Program-made: the position numbers and the translations under genes
Notes under the pieces: generated by a model
The model's input: only the letters and a program-made list of their open reading frames with translations
Databases searched by the model: none
Told to the model about the DNA's origin: nothing
In this document: positions 10,533 to 20,868 of the stretch, one piece after another
How the letters are laid out: the number at the start of each line of letters is the position of its first letter
Numbering within the stretch: position 1 is the stretch's first letter
Source: an uncultured Nitrososphaeraceae archaeon
Lineage (GTDB): Archaea > Thermoproteota > Nitrososphaeria > Nitrososphaerales > Nitrososphaeraceae
NCBI GenBank assembly: GCA_963779615.1
Contig: CAVZZA010000004.1
Span: forward strand, 1 to 64,000
Direction: 5' to 3'
Length of the DNA stretch: 64,000 nucleotides

Positions 10533-10665
10533 GTTATATAACTGAATCCCGCATAGATGAACTTATGGGTAATTCATTAATAATTGGTGTATTAAAGTAC
10601 ACAGGTTCATTCTACTAGCGTACATCACTTTTGGCAATGGAGAAGTTCCGTACTGCTTTTTCTTT
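10533..10665 (+). ncRNA. candidate structured small RNA or regulatory motif, copy B
   Basis: TATATA..TAGAT..ATGGGTAATTCATTA..TTGGTGTA-TTAAAG-TACAC..TTGGCAATGGA-GAAGT-TCCGT-AC-TGCT followed by a T-tract. Confidence 0.5.
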
Positions 10666-10706
10666 ATATGCTAATTGTTTATATGCATATAGATCAAGTT
10701 GTCAGT

Positions 10707-10782
10707 GCCATTGTGAGCAGCCATTGCCATTGTGAGCAGCCATTGCCATTGTGAGCAGCCATTGCCATTGTGAGCAGCCATT
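10707..10782. repeat. tandem array of 19-bp unit GCCATTGTGAGCAGCCATT
   Basis: 4 perfect head-to-tail units. Confidence 0.95.
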
Positions 10783-10895
10783 GACGTTATAAAAAGTCTT
10801 TAAACAAAAAAATCAAAATGGAATGAAATATGTGTACCTATTTTAAATGTCCGTTTTTAAAATAGAGGGTTAATATACTAAACTAATAAAATTGT

Positions 10896-11081
10896 TTATA
10901 TATTATTGTTCACAATTTTATTGACTTGTGTTGTAGAGGACTCTGTAAGGTTTTTCACTATTGGCGAATTTTTAATTTTCTCAAACCCGTTAAAAACGCT
11001 GTATAAGAAATTTGACCAGCCCATCCCTATTATCGCGAGGATAATTATAGCGATTAAAACCAATATAATAAGTGTACTCAC
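10896..11081 (-). CDS. small single-TM membrane protein
   Basis: 61 aa, hydrophobic N-terminus followed by GMGW. Confidence 0.55.
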   Translation of the reverse strand: MSTLIILVLIAIIILAIIGMGWSNFLYSVFNGFEKIKNSPIVKNLTESSTTQVNKIVNNNI

Positions 11082-11685
11082 TAATTATCACCATAAATAT
11101 AGTAAAACTGTTATAAAAACTAATTGTGTATGCAGTCTTACTTAAAAGTGGTATATTCCTTAATTTTTATCACTATCAAATGCTTTCTATAGATATTATT
11201 GGCTTAAAGTATTTATTAATTAGATTGTTAGTGAAACCGATATTTTTTATTTGGTTAGCATCTTTTATAGAACTTGTTTACTTGTAATAATTTTTCGTCA
11301 AACTGTGGTTATTGACCAAATTGTTGAATATTTGCCGGATTCAAGTTTGATTGACATGGTTATTTGCTAAAGCCAAGAAAACTATTACCATACAATAACC
11401 AATTTTAGTTTTTGAGAATCGTTTCACACACCAAACAATCTTGTATATTTAAAAAAAAGAGTATCAAGAAAGGCTCAACCCGACAAATAAATTGTAAGAT
11501 CATCTAATGAAAAAAATACTATTTTAAATTTAATTATCTAATTTAGTAATTTAACACCGTTTTACAAGAAATGGCCATCATATTATTTTATAACGTCATT
11601 GATTGACATACATCAATGAATTTATTTTTTATTAAGGCAAGCCCATTATTGTAAAAACCTTTTAAATTATTTTTGACTATTATGT

Positions 11686-12111
11686 TTGATGTCTCTAATT
11701 ACACCAAAAATTGCCAAACTTTTAAATGAAAAAAATTTTGCGTCTTTTGCAACTACAATGCCTGATGGCTCCCCACAGGTTTCCCCTGTGTGGGTAGATT
11801 ATGACGGTGGTTTAATTTTAATCAATACCGCTAAAGGGCGGGTCAAAGAAAAGAATATTAAAAATAATAGCAAAGTCGCGCTCTCTGTTTTTGACATGAA
11901 TAACCCATATGAGATGGCAACAATTAGGGGGACAATCACGCAGCAAACTACCGAAGGAGCTGATAATCATATCGACAAAATGGCCAAGAAATACCTTAAT
12001 CTTGAAAAATACCCATTACGAAATTCCACTGAAACAAGGCTGATATTAAAAATAAACCCGGAAAAGGTATTTTATGTGTCCATTCCAATAAATGATTTTT
12101 TGCAAGAATGA
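11686..12111 (+). CDS. PPOX-class F420-dependent oxidoreductase (pyridoxamine 5'-phosphate oxidase family)
   Basis: ATTMPDGSPQVSPVW, INTAKGRVKEKN, HIDKMAKKY. Confidence 0.9.
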   Translation: MMSLITPKIAKLLNEKNFASFATTMPDGSPQVSPVWVDYDGGLILINTAKGRVKEKNIKNNSKVALSVFDMNNPYEMATIRGTITQQTTEGADNHIDKMAKKYLNLEKYPLRNSTETRLILKINPEKVFYVSIPINDFLQE

Positions 12112-13687
12112 GATGATTTATTCCTAACACAGTTAAATGTAAATTCCTGCTGTAATAATTGATGAAACTAAACATCCTATTATTCCAGAGATTCCGCCTT
12201 CCATGATAATATTAGGAAGAATTCCTTAGACCCAATTTTTGTTCTGGCAGATCATTCATTAAATTTGGATTTCCCTGGACTTGAAGTAGTGTTGTTCGAA
12301 TTAATTGTTAAATCAACGCTTTTTGATGTAATATTTACTATGGAAATCGCAATGGGATTGCTATTCTTATCATCGGTCTAAACCTTCAATTTTTTTTGGT
12401 AACTCCTGTCCTATTGCGATGATCGAATCTGACTTTTGTATATTCTCTATTAGTCCTTCAGTTAAATTCCATTCCAAGAAATTTATTTGATTCTTTAAAA
12501 ATAAACTACGTAGAGACATGCTAGCAGTATTGGTATTGTTGTATATTCTAGATTTTATTGTTGAAATATGTCTTGATTTTCAAAAACCTTGTCTATATTA
12601 TTTGCTAACTGTTTACTTTCAATTATGATGTTTTTGGAATTTATTGAAAGGCGAATCGGTGGGCAACTGTGTCGCATTTACTAATTTTATATTCTGCAAA
12701 ACATTCTATACCTGCTGGAATTGTGGTACTGTTGGTATTGTCAGAAGTAACGAGATTCAAAGAAAAGGTTTACTGTGATTGTAAACAATTTACAAGAAAA
12801 TAAAATAAAGCGATGGATATTGAGTTTTTTAAATGTAAATGCATCTTTTACCTAAATTTAGGTTTCTTTAAGTTATTTTATGACAATATTGATTTTAATT
12901 ATGTTTTTAATTTGAAAACAATAACTATAAAAGTTATTTTATTTACTGAAAACCTATTTTTTAATTGGTTCCTACTTGTTGAATTGATCCAATATATTCG
13001 TTTGATCTGCTTTTTGTGATTGCTATCAACAATAAATTTGCATGGAATTTTGAATCATATCCTCAAAGGGATCATTACAATCAAAAGAAAAAAAGGTTGA
13101 CAGCAAAAAAAAAACACTCAAAACAATGAATCCGTATAAAAAACGTCGATCGAGGGGTACAATAATGAACAAACATGATGAAAAACAAAACAATAGCAAA
13201 ACACATCCACCATCAACAAATTAGATAAAAAACTGTTTTTAGAATTACTGATACAACATACATACTAAAAATAATGATGCTGTTTATTCTTCTAACATCT
13301 TTAAATGCTAAATCTGAAAAGCCTTTTTGAATCACAGATCTTTAAAGGAAATCCCAAAAAATTCGCTTTATCCTTTTGGTTGAATGGAGACATCTCTTAA
13401 ATAAAAGAAGGGGGAAGGGAAGGCATGTAACAAATTCTTTATCAAACTTCGCATAAACTCAGTTATTAGTTGAATATTGCAATAATATTCTTAATGTTTA
13501 AGAATTTCAGTTATTGCTATCTTTTTAATATCCAAAAAATATTTAACAAATGACAAGGTTTATGTTTTAAAAATTATGCGGTAATGCATAATATTATTAT
13601 TAGTTAACCCTCAAGTTTATTCTATAGCATAAATAATAAACAAATTCAGACAAAGTCTAAAATTATAAAGATAATAATGTAATAAGG

Positions 13688-13972
13688 ATGGCTTACACCA
13701 ATAATGATAATACATTAACCAAGGTATCTTTAGCGGAGTTCATAAAAAATCAAAGGCCCTATAAGGAAGTCAGATATTTTGTAGGCGAGAATATATATAT
13801 TTCAATAAATAAAAAATGCATTTTGTTAAAGAATATGGATTTTTTAACTAACATGAGAATTATTTCTGAGGCAATAATCTCTGTTGATTATAACATTAAT
13901 AGGCTGACCATTTTTCCTCCCGAAACAGATGAATCCATTGAATTTAATTTTAATGGGTATGTTAGGTGGTAG
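13688..13972 (+). CDS. hypothetical protein
   Basis: 94-aa ORF with ATG and upstream TTATAAA box. Confidence 0.5.
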   Translation: MAYTNNDNTLTKVSLAEFIKNQRPYKEVRYFVGENIYISINKKCILLKNMDFLTNMRIISEAIISVDYNINRLTIFPPETDESIEFNFNGYVRW

Positions 13973-14303
13973 TTAAAGACTACAAATGTAAAGAATAGCT
14001 AGTCCACTATTTTTTTAATATCGACAATCCCAAAAAAAGGGTATATTCCTATATTCCCTATTGGCAACTATTTTGAACATTAAGTGTTTCCTCACAATTC
14101 AACGAACTAACTTGGGTGATTCTGTTTTGGTGCATTATTGTTTTACGCTTCTTTTTACTGACAAGACTTTATTCCTAATCCCTGTCATTGGTAAAACTTG
14201 CAGAATAACCTAAGACTTAGAATTTAAAAATGACGATTATGGAAAGCGATTGAAAAAAAGGGGTATAACCCACTGAAATGGCCCAGTAATTCTCTTCTAT
14301 CCG

Positions 14304-14396
14304 TTAGGGATTATCGGGATTAGGCTGGGGTTCTGGGTGTTCAGGAGTTGGTTGAGGTTGAGGATTTGGATTAGGGTCAGGGTTGGGATTGCTCAT
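14304..14396 (-). CDS. 30-aa proline-rich micro-protein
   Basis: MSNPNPDPNPNPQPQPTPEHPEPQPNPDNP; Pro codons vary synonymously; TATA-like CTTAAG about 22 bp upstream. Confidence 0.5.
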   Translation of the reverse strand: MSNPNPDPNPNPQPQPTPEHPEPQPNPDNP

Positions 14397-14961
14397 ATAG
14401 TTGTATCAGTACAGTCTTAAGTCTCATAATTATTGAACTTTTAGATTGACCTGCTTGTAGATTACGGAAATAAAATATGCATCTGGGTATACCCTGTTTA
14501 ATTTCATTGTTTCTTAGCAATCACAAATGCTTGATGTTTTAAGTTTGACTGTTCGCTGTTTAAAATATTGCTAAACGTTACCTAAATTATTACGCAAGTA
14601 ACGGTATGATTTATCCAATTGTTGTTGCATGAATTGTCATTAACCTGGATAAATCTAGATTTCGGGTAAATGCGGAATTTAAAAGATTCCAACTTACAAA
14701 AGACCTAAAATAATAAGGGGATCGACATCATAAAATAAACCACTGTTATTTAGAATTCTTTTTTAATGCAATGCAAAATGTGATTATATCCAGTCAGACT
14801 ATTATTTAGATTAGTTTATGAAAATTAAACCCTATCACGTTTGAACTAGCATTTTTTTTATATGTTTACCACCATTTGAAAAGAGTGCTTGTCCCGAAAT
14901 TGTTATCACTGTTTAGTATATTGTTGATTTGTAGACAAAATGGTTTACGTGCAAAAATTAA

Positions 14962-15159
14962 TCATTCGATGTACTTTTTAATTTTACTTTTGGGATTTCT
15001 CGAATTATTACGTAACTTGTAGCTGCAACAAGGACAAGATATGCCGTTCCATCTAATAAAAATCTCACAAATTTGACATCTTTTTTCATTATCTTCGTAA
15101 CGACAAGTATTGTAGACTTTTTTAGATTTATATCTGATACAAATTCCTCTGCAGGTCAA
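14962..15159 (-). CDS. small Cys-rich zinc-binding protein of thaumarchaeal type
   Basis: CRGIC...KRCQICEIFIRW...CPCC..KLR. Confidence 0.75.
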   Translation of the reverse strand: MTCRGICIRYKSKKVYNTCRYEDNEKRCQICEIFIRWNGISCPCCSYKLRNNSRNPKSKIKKYIE

Positions 15160-15381
15160 TATATAACAACTCCATTTTTCGCTTTTATTTTATTTTTTTT
15201 ATCTTTAATATAATACTTTTCATCTACTTTTAATGCCTTGATTTAGGATACTCAGATTATCCATTTTTTTCTTTTCTACAATTTACAATAACTATACATA
15301 CACCCCTGAGTTATGGACATATTTTCGCTTTATCAAAAGGTAAATTTAATTAAAGGATCTAGTAAATAGACCATAGAAAAA

Positions 15382-16173
15382 TTGAAAATAGGGAATTACG
15401 AAATCCCTGATATACGGTTATCTGAAGCTATTCAGGATGTTAAAAAAATATTTGATAAGGTGAAGAATACCAAAGATCTTACTCATTACTCAGATATTGC
15501 AGTAATGCTCGACTATAAGAGTAAAATAGGTGGGGCATTTTACAGGCGATTAAATAGTTTGACGCTTTTTGGTTTGTTGGAAGGGCGTGCCAAATACCGA
15601 ATAACAGAATTAGGCGAAAATATCTCCTACCCTATTAATGATGTCCAAAAAAATGAATTATCTTCAAAGGCTTTTCTAAATGTACCTTTATGGAATAAAT
15701 TATACAGTAAACATGGAAAACACTTGCCTGATAATGTGTGGTTTGACATAAAAAATATTACCGGTATTTCTGCACCAGAGTCTCAGTCGGTAGAAAAGGA
15801 GGTAAGAAAATGGTATTTGGATGACGTTGTTTATGTGGTAGAAAAGTTGAGTGGGAAGAATGAAGAGCAAGATGGACCTGATATAGATGATGATGCAAAT
15901 TCCGTTAAAGAGGTTGCAAATAACGTCAGTAGGGATGATCCAAAAATGCCTTATCAGGATGGTACACCTATTAATGAAACTGTATTAGAAAAGATACCTT
16001 TTGGTAAAGACATTATAATTTATTTGCCTAGAGGAAATATTTTGAAAGCTTGGGATAAAGCTCAAAGATATATGAAACTTTATCTAGAAGATCATGAGGA
16101 AAATTACAAGACAGATGACTCTTTAGAAAGGCCTATGTATGAAAATGAAGAAGTATTTAAGGATACATCATAG
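15382..16173 (+). CDS. hypothetical protein with predicted tandem winged-helix N-terminal region and acidic tail
   Basis: 263 aa; pattern LSEAI..K.I, GGAFYRRLNSL..FGLLEG, ITELG, AFLNVPLW.KLY. Confidence 0.7.
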   Translation: MKIGNYEIPDIRLSEAIQDVKKIFDKVKNTKDLTHYSDIAVMLDYKSKIGGAFYRRLNSLTLFGLLEGRAKYRITELGENISYPINDVQKNELSSKAFLNVPLWNKLYSKHGKHLPDNVWFDIKNITGISAPESQSVEKEVRKWYLDDVVYVVEKLSGKNEEQDGPDIDDDANSVKEVANNVSRDDPKMPYQDGTPINETVLEKIPFGKDIIIYLPRGNILKAWDKAQRYMKLYLEDHEENYKTDDSLERPMYENEEVFKDTS

Positions 16174-16180
16174 ATTTATG

Positions 16181-16361
16181 GGCTCCATTAACTTGAGACA
16201 ACTTTACCGCATGCAATGCCAATGAAAGAATACTCAAACGAATTGACATCCGGTTTTACAAAAATTCAGGCCAGAAGTGGACCCAAAAATTAGGCCATGG
16301 TCCGCTATAACAAAAGGTTGGCTTTTAAAATGCATTGCAAGAGCCTTTTGTTAACAGCGCC
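16181..16361. mobile_element. IS6-type MITE (non-autonomous, about 180 bp)
   Basis: Ends GGCTCCATTAAC / GTTAACAGCGCC (imperfect IR similar to the IS6 ends at 51255/51922); flanks GATTTATG and AATTTATG (7/8-bp TSD). Confidence 0.65.
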
Positions 16362-16622
16362 AATTTATGCAACAATATTTGTTTGATCCTACATTCATCT
16401 TTGATGATTTGCTTGCAGAAACTCTATATTCAAACAACCTTAAATGAACAAAGGTTTTTGGGCTTGGTGAAATGTAGTTGAATTTTGAAGGTATTGCAAA
16501 GTTTTTCTCTACAATTGCCGTTTTTAGGATGGCAACATAGAAAATAAGGAAAACCCTAACACAAATTGTTATAATTTAGTATAATGAATAACATCTAGGA
16601 ATGGACCAAAGGTTAAACAACA

Positions 16623-16901
16623 ATGAATGAGTTGCAGGTTAAACAACAATTGATTATCAAATTAGAAAATAATGATTATTTTACTGAGTGGGGTAGTAAG
16701 GTTGCAATAGTTTTTAATAAGAGAAATAAAAAATACCGGATAGAAGAAACCGATGGAACGTATTCTTTAGATTATGATTCTGATTACGAGACTGTTAAAG
16801 TTGAAATCAATACCCGTGGTATGCATGAAAAATTAGAAAGACTGGGTCTTCCTGATAGAGAACAAATAGAAAGCTTCTTTAAAAATATTGCCGCTTTTTA
16901 G
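16623..16901 (+). CDS. hypothetical protein
   Basis: 92-aa ORF with ATG and globular composition. Confidence 0.55.
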   Translation: MNELQVKQQLIIKLENNDYFTEWGSKVAIVFNKRNKKYRIEETDGTYSLDYDSDYETVKVEINTRGMHEKLERLGLPDREQIESFFKNIAAF

Positions 16902-17552
16902 GAAAGGACACGCATTTTAATACCACTTTACAGTTTTATTGAATCTATAAAAAAGTAGCATCAAAACGGTAAATGATTCATAATTATTGTTAATAATGTT
17001 ATTTTATTTAAAAGATGGCAAATTCAATTTCGTAGACAGGTAAACTTTTTCGCCATATCATTTTGGAAAATATGCAAATAATTTATCTTCATTGCCTCTC
17101 AATAAGTATGATTAGCCAAACTTTTTAGCCTTCTTTGATATTTAAATTTAGTGTAAAACTTTTTAGTGCGATATATGGCATTTTAATAAACATCTTTAAT
17201 GATTTCTAACTTTGACATAAAACATATTGCTCTATTGGATATGGATTTGCTGGACAAGATAAAAACATTTTATCATATAATCGTGTATTATTCAATTAGT
17301 AATTTTCGAGATTTATTTCATTAGATAAGGAATGAAAAATAAACCTAGGGGGTTACTTTGATAGGTATTATTTACATATTATTTACCGTGCATAGGCGTG
17401 GTTAGCCTCTTTTTGAGTGTTATTCAGTTATAGGAATGTCTTGAAAGATATGCATATTAAAAAGGACTTAAAGTCTCAGTTTGACATTATTGCAGGTAGG
17501 GGATGTCTGACGTGGTTTTCTAATAGTTAGTAATCAAAACAACTATAAACTA

Positions 17553-17981
17553 TTACTTTATAATCATGACAGGACTTTTACTATGATGCAGGACATTGTT
17601 TGATACGCTACCTAATAATGTGGTTTTAAACTTTCCGTGACCTCTACTTCCAATAACTATGGTATCAAAGTCATTCTTTTTAATATAATCAATTATGATG
17701 GATGCAACATTATCACCTTCTAATAATGTTGTTTCATATTCTACATCAAACTCTTTTGCTTGATTTTTTGCCGTATCAAGAATATCTTTTGCCTCTTTTT
17801 CTAACGAAGCCATTACAGAGTCAACAAGTTTTTGTGATTGGACATAAACAAATGGCGGAATTTCTAGTACGTATAAAATAGTCAGTTTTGATTTTAATTT
17901 TGAACTTAAGAATAAGGCATGCTTCAAAGCTCTCATGGAGTTTTCAGATCCATCTATTGGAACAAGAACCTTCGAGTACAA
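17553..17981 (-). CDS. universal stress protein (UspA family)
   Basis: KVLVPIDGSENS and IVIGSRG...LLGSVSNNVLHHSKSPVMII. Confidence 0.95.
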   Translation of the reverse strand: MYSKVLVPIDGSENSMRALKHALFLSSKLKSKLTILYVLEIPPFVYVQSQKLVDSVMASLEKEAKDILDTAKNQAKEFDVEYETTLLEGDNVASIIIDYIKKNDFDTIVIGSRGHGKFKTTLLGSVSNNVLHHSKSPVMIIK

Positions 17982-18443
17982 TGATAAATGACCTAATAAT
18001 CAATGATATAACTCTATTGAGATGTGATAATAATGTCTGTGACCGTTTAAAAAATATGTCTGTTGCATAGCCAAAAACAATCAACATTAGTTGGTAGGGA
18101 ATGCGCTTGACCTTTAGAGTCAATGAATCATTATTTTGTGGTTATCATTCATGAATGTATATCTTATTTCAAGTTATAATTGCCCCTTTGTTTCAAGGTG
18201 CATTGCTCATCTTCACCTACTTTTTTATTTTGAAAAAGGCATGCTTTGAAAAACTCGGAGAAATATTATTATATATGCAGTTGTAACTACAATATTGTAA
18301 TCAACACTTTATTTTAAAAGATGTGGATTAAATTTGTCTAATGAACAGCAAATACCACTATTTAATTGCTTTGCATTGCACTGCAGGTAAATGTATACTA
18401 TGAGCTTATGAGACTGTTACGCGTTATATTATCATAGGAGATA

Positions 18444-18827
18444 ATGGAAACAATGATTAATAATGATGTTGACAATAATAAGAATAAACCAATTAAAAAC
18501 AGTAACTATTTTACATGGCTGTTGGTATACATGAGTATCGCGTTAGCTATCTCTTTTATAATACCATTTCCTATATCACTCGGTGTAGTAATTCTTATAT
18601 TAGTATTGCTTAATGTATTCAGAACAGACCTTGCCTTAAAAAGACAGGGTATGGGTGGGATAAAAGGATTGTACAAGTCGATATCATCCCGTGCTGACCG
18701 ACGTAGTGATCAAGGTTCAAAAGGCTTTGGATATACCCCAATCAAATTCTATTGTATGGACTGTGGGTATGAGCACAGGAACGAGGCATGCCCTGAATGT
18801 GGGTCAAAAACAGTAAAGGTTGGATAA
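18444..18827 (+). CDS. membrane protein with C-terminal zinc ribbon
   Basis: Two TM segments, then YCMDCG...ACPECGSK. Confidence 0.75.
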   Translation: METMINNDVDNNKNKPIKNSNYFTWLLVYMSIALAISFIIPFPISLGVVILILVLLNVFRTDLALKRQGMGGIKGLYKSISSRADRRSDQGSKGFGYTPIKFYCMDCGYEHRNEACPECGSKTVKVG

Positions 18828-19079
18828 CTTGAAGACCATTTTGTTTGCCCATGTGATTTCATGTTTAAAATTAGTTATGATGGGCTAACATGAATTTTGG
18901 ATGGAGAGAAAGTTCAGTTAAAGTTTCTCAACAATATGTCGAAGTTGATATGGTGATAAAGATACCGATTTAGGAAAATTATTCAAGCTAAATCTACTCA
19001 ATATGTCCTGACGATAATGAAGCAAAAAATAAAGACCCCATTGACTATAATATATATAAGTTATTCGGGAATTTTATAC

Positions 19080-19478
19080 ATGCGTATTGATCATATAGCG
19101 ATTGCAGTAAATAATGCTGAAGATGCACTGGAAAACTATAAAAAAATTCTAAATATAGACAAAATAGAAATTGAGGAGGTTCCAAACGAGAAGGTAAAAG
19201 TTGTAATATTGAATTTACAGGATACACGTATCGAGCTTTTAGAGGCATTGAATGATGATAGCCCTATAAGTAAATATCTTAAAGAGCGTGGTGAGGGTAT
19301 TCATCATATCGCTATAACTGCTGATGAAATAGAAGGTGATGTAAATCGTGCAATGGAAAATGGTATGAAATTTCTGGGTGGTTTAAGGACTGGATCATAT
19401 GGCAGAAAAATTACTTTTATCCATCCTAAATCCCTAAACGGGGTTTTGGTGGAATTTTGCCAGGCTCCACCAGGATGA
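19080..19478 (+). CDS. mce: methylmalonyl-CoA epimerase (VOC fold; 3-hydroxypropionate/4-hydroxybutyrate cycle)
   Basis: MRIDHIAIAV, IELLE, GEGIHHIA, FIHPKSLNGVLVE; start moved to ATG 19080. Confidence 0.92.
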   Translation: MRIDHIAIAVNNAEDALENYKKILNIDKIEIEEVPNEKVKVVILNLQDTRIELLEALNDDSPISKYLKERGEGIHHIAITADEIEGDVNRAMENGMKFLGGLRTGSYGRKITFIHPKSLNGVLVEFCQAPPG

Positions 19479-19556
19479 ATTATATAAATTACTTTTATTT
19501 TAAATCGGTCTTAGGTAAATTAATTAATCAACTAACATAACCTAACAAATGATACT

Positions 19557-20054
19557 ATGAAACTTATTGCTGTTTTGGTCTTGGGTGTTATTTTGGATTA
19601 TTATGTTGCATTGACCGATTTTGGTTTTCCTACCGACGCAAATCACGACGATGGTGTGCCCTATTCAAATTTATCTAACACTGTCAAGCAGAATGGATCG
19701 GATAACAATGCTAATCCTGATGAAAACAGTTCGTCTTTTTCATCAAATAACAATGAATTAAAAGGGTTGTTGTTGGTAAAAGTAACAGTAAATAATGAAG
19801 GTATTGGAAATAAAAAACCTTCTGATTTCACAATTAACATTCATGCAAATGATCCTTCCATTGCCTCTTTTCCCGGTAATTCATCAGGAACAGAATTGAA
19901 GGTAGGTATGGGGATGTATAGCGTTTCTGAATCCCCCATTCCCGGATACATTTCTTCATTTTCCGCTGATTGTTTTGGCGGTATAATGTCTGCTGAAACT
20001 GAGAAATGTGTCATTACCAATACCCATGATAAGTCCCTACTTCCTTCAAGGTAG
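19557..20054 (+). CDS. secreted protein with an Ig/prealbumin-like domain
   Basis: Signal-like N-terminus, low-complexity linker, then PSDFTI..SFPG..G.YSVSE..GY..SFS.DC.G..C.ITN. Confidence 0.7.
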   Translation: MKLIAVLVLGVILDYYVALTDFGFPTDANHDDGVPYSNLSNTVKQNGSDNNANPDENSSSFSSNNNELKGLLLVKVTVNNEGIGNKKPSDFTINIHANDPSIASFPGNSSGTELKVGMGMYSVSESPIPGYISSFSADCFGGIMSAETEKCVITNTHDKSLLPSR

Positions 20055-20074
20055 TTAAAAGAAGGTGTTGAGTT

Positions 20075-20332
20075 ATGCTTTCTACAATCCATGTTACCCT
20101 TCTTTATTTTGCGGGAGCTAAAGATGCTACAGGAGTGAGAATGGAATCGGTAGAATTGCTTAAAAATACCTCGATAAAAGAACTTTTATCCCAGTTATCA
20201 GTCACCTATCCAAAAATTAGCGATATGCTCAACATAATCCAAGTTTCTGTAAACTACAGGGTGGTAGATAAGGGTACAATTTTAAATGAGGGTGATGAAG
20301 TGGCAATACTGCCACCCATTTCAGGTGGCTGA
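20075..20332 (+). CDS. moaD: molybdopterin synthase sulfur-carrier subunit (MoaD/SAMP)
   Basis: LYFAGAKD and C-terminal GDEVAILPPISGG. Confidence 0.92.
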   Translation: MLSTIHVTLLYFAGAKDATGVRMESVELLKNTSIKELLSQLSVTYPKISDMLNIIQVSVNYRVVDKGTILNEGDEVAILPPISGG

Positions 20333-20364
20333 ATGTATTATATGCACCGACAACAATAAAAAAC

Positions 20365-20868
20365 ATGGTGAATGAATCCGATGTCACCCGCTATTCTGAA
20401 ACTATGGAAAAAGAATATTACCCAAATAGTGCCACGAATTCGGCTATACCTAGAATAACACCCGGGGAGATTGATATTCCATCTGTTTTAAAATCAATTG
20501 ATGATGGAGGAGTTGGTGCAAAAGTACTTTTTATAGGCTCAGTTCGGAACTTTAGCGATAACGGGGATGTTGTAGGCATGACATATGAGTCTTATATGGG
20601 AATGGCAGAGCAAAAAATCAAAAATATTGAAATTGATGCAAAAAAGACATGGGGTATAAAAAAAATCCGTATAATTCATAGAATTGGCGAATTAACAATA
20701 GGCGATAATAGCGTTGCAATTGCAATTTCAACTCCACATAGTAAAGATGCCTTTGCAGCATGTCAGTTTATCCTAGATAAAATTAAGCATGAGGTGCCCA
20801 TATGGAAAAAAGAAAAAATACTAAATGGCGAAACAAAATGGGTTGAGGGAAAACCCATGGAAGAATAA
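20365..20868 (+). CDS. moaE: molybdopterin synthase catalytic subunit
   Basis: GAKVLFIGSVR, HRIGEL, KHEVPIWKKE. Confidence 0.95.
   Translation: MVNESDVTRYSETMEKEYYPNSATNSAIPRITPGEIDIPSVLKSIDDGGVGAKVLFIGSVRNFSDNGDVVGMTYESYMGMAEQKIKNIEIDAKKTWGIKKIRIIHRIGELTIGDNSVAIAISTPHSKDAFAACQFILDKIKHEVPIWKKEKILNGETKWVEGKPMEE

Noticed and set aside
10208-10618. Cys/His/Trp-rich ORFs over the 17-bp array
   Set aside because: The unit is not a multiple of 3 and has no stops, so several frames on both strands are open; artefact of the repeat
10630-10700. Fluoride riboswitch suggested by GGCAATGGAG
   Set aside because: The downstream pairing and the CTGATG..CTAC-type 3' element are missing, and no fluoride-related gene follows
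10242-10782. CRISPR array
   Set aside because: Units are 17 and 19 bp, head-to-tail, with no unique spacers and no cas genes in the window
12130-12760. Possible decayed gene on the minus strand
   Set aside because: Coding-like composition but many stops and no recognisable family motif; cannot be supported
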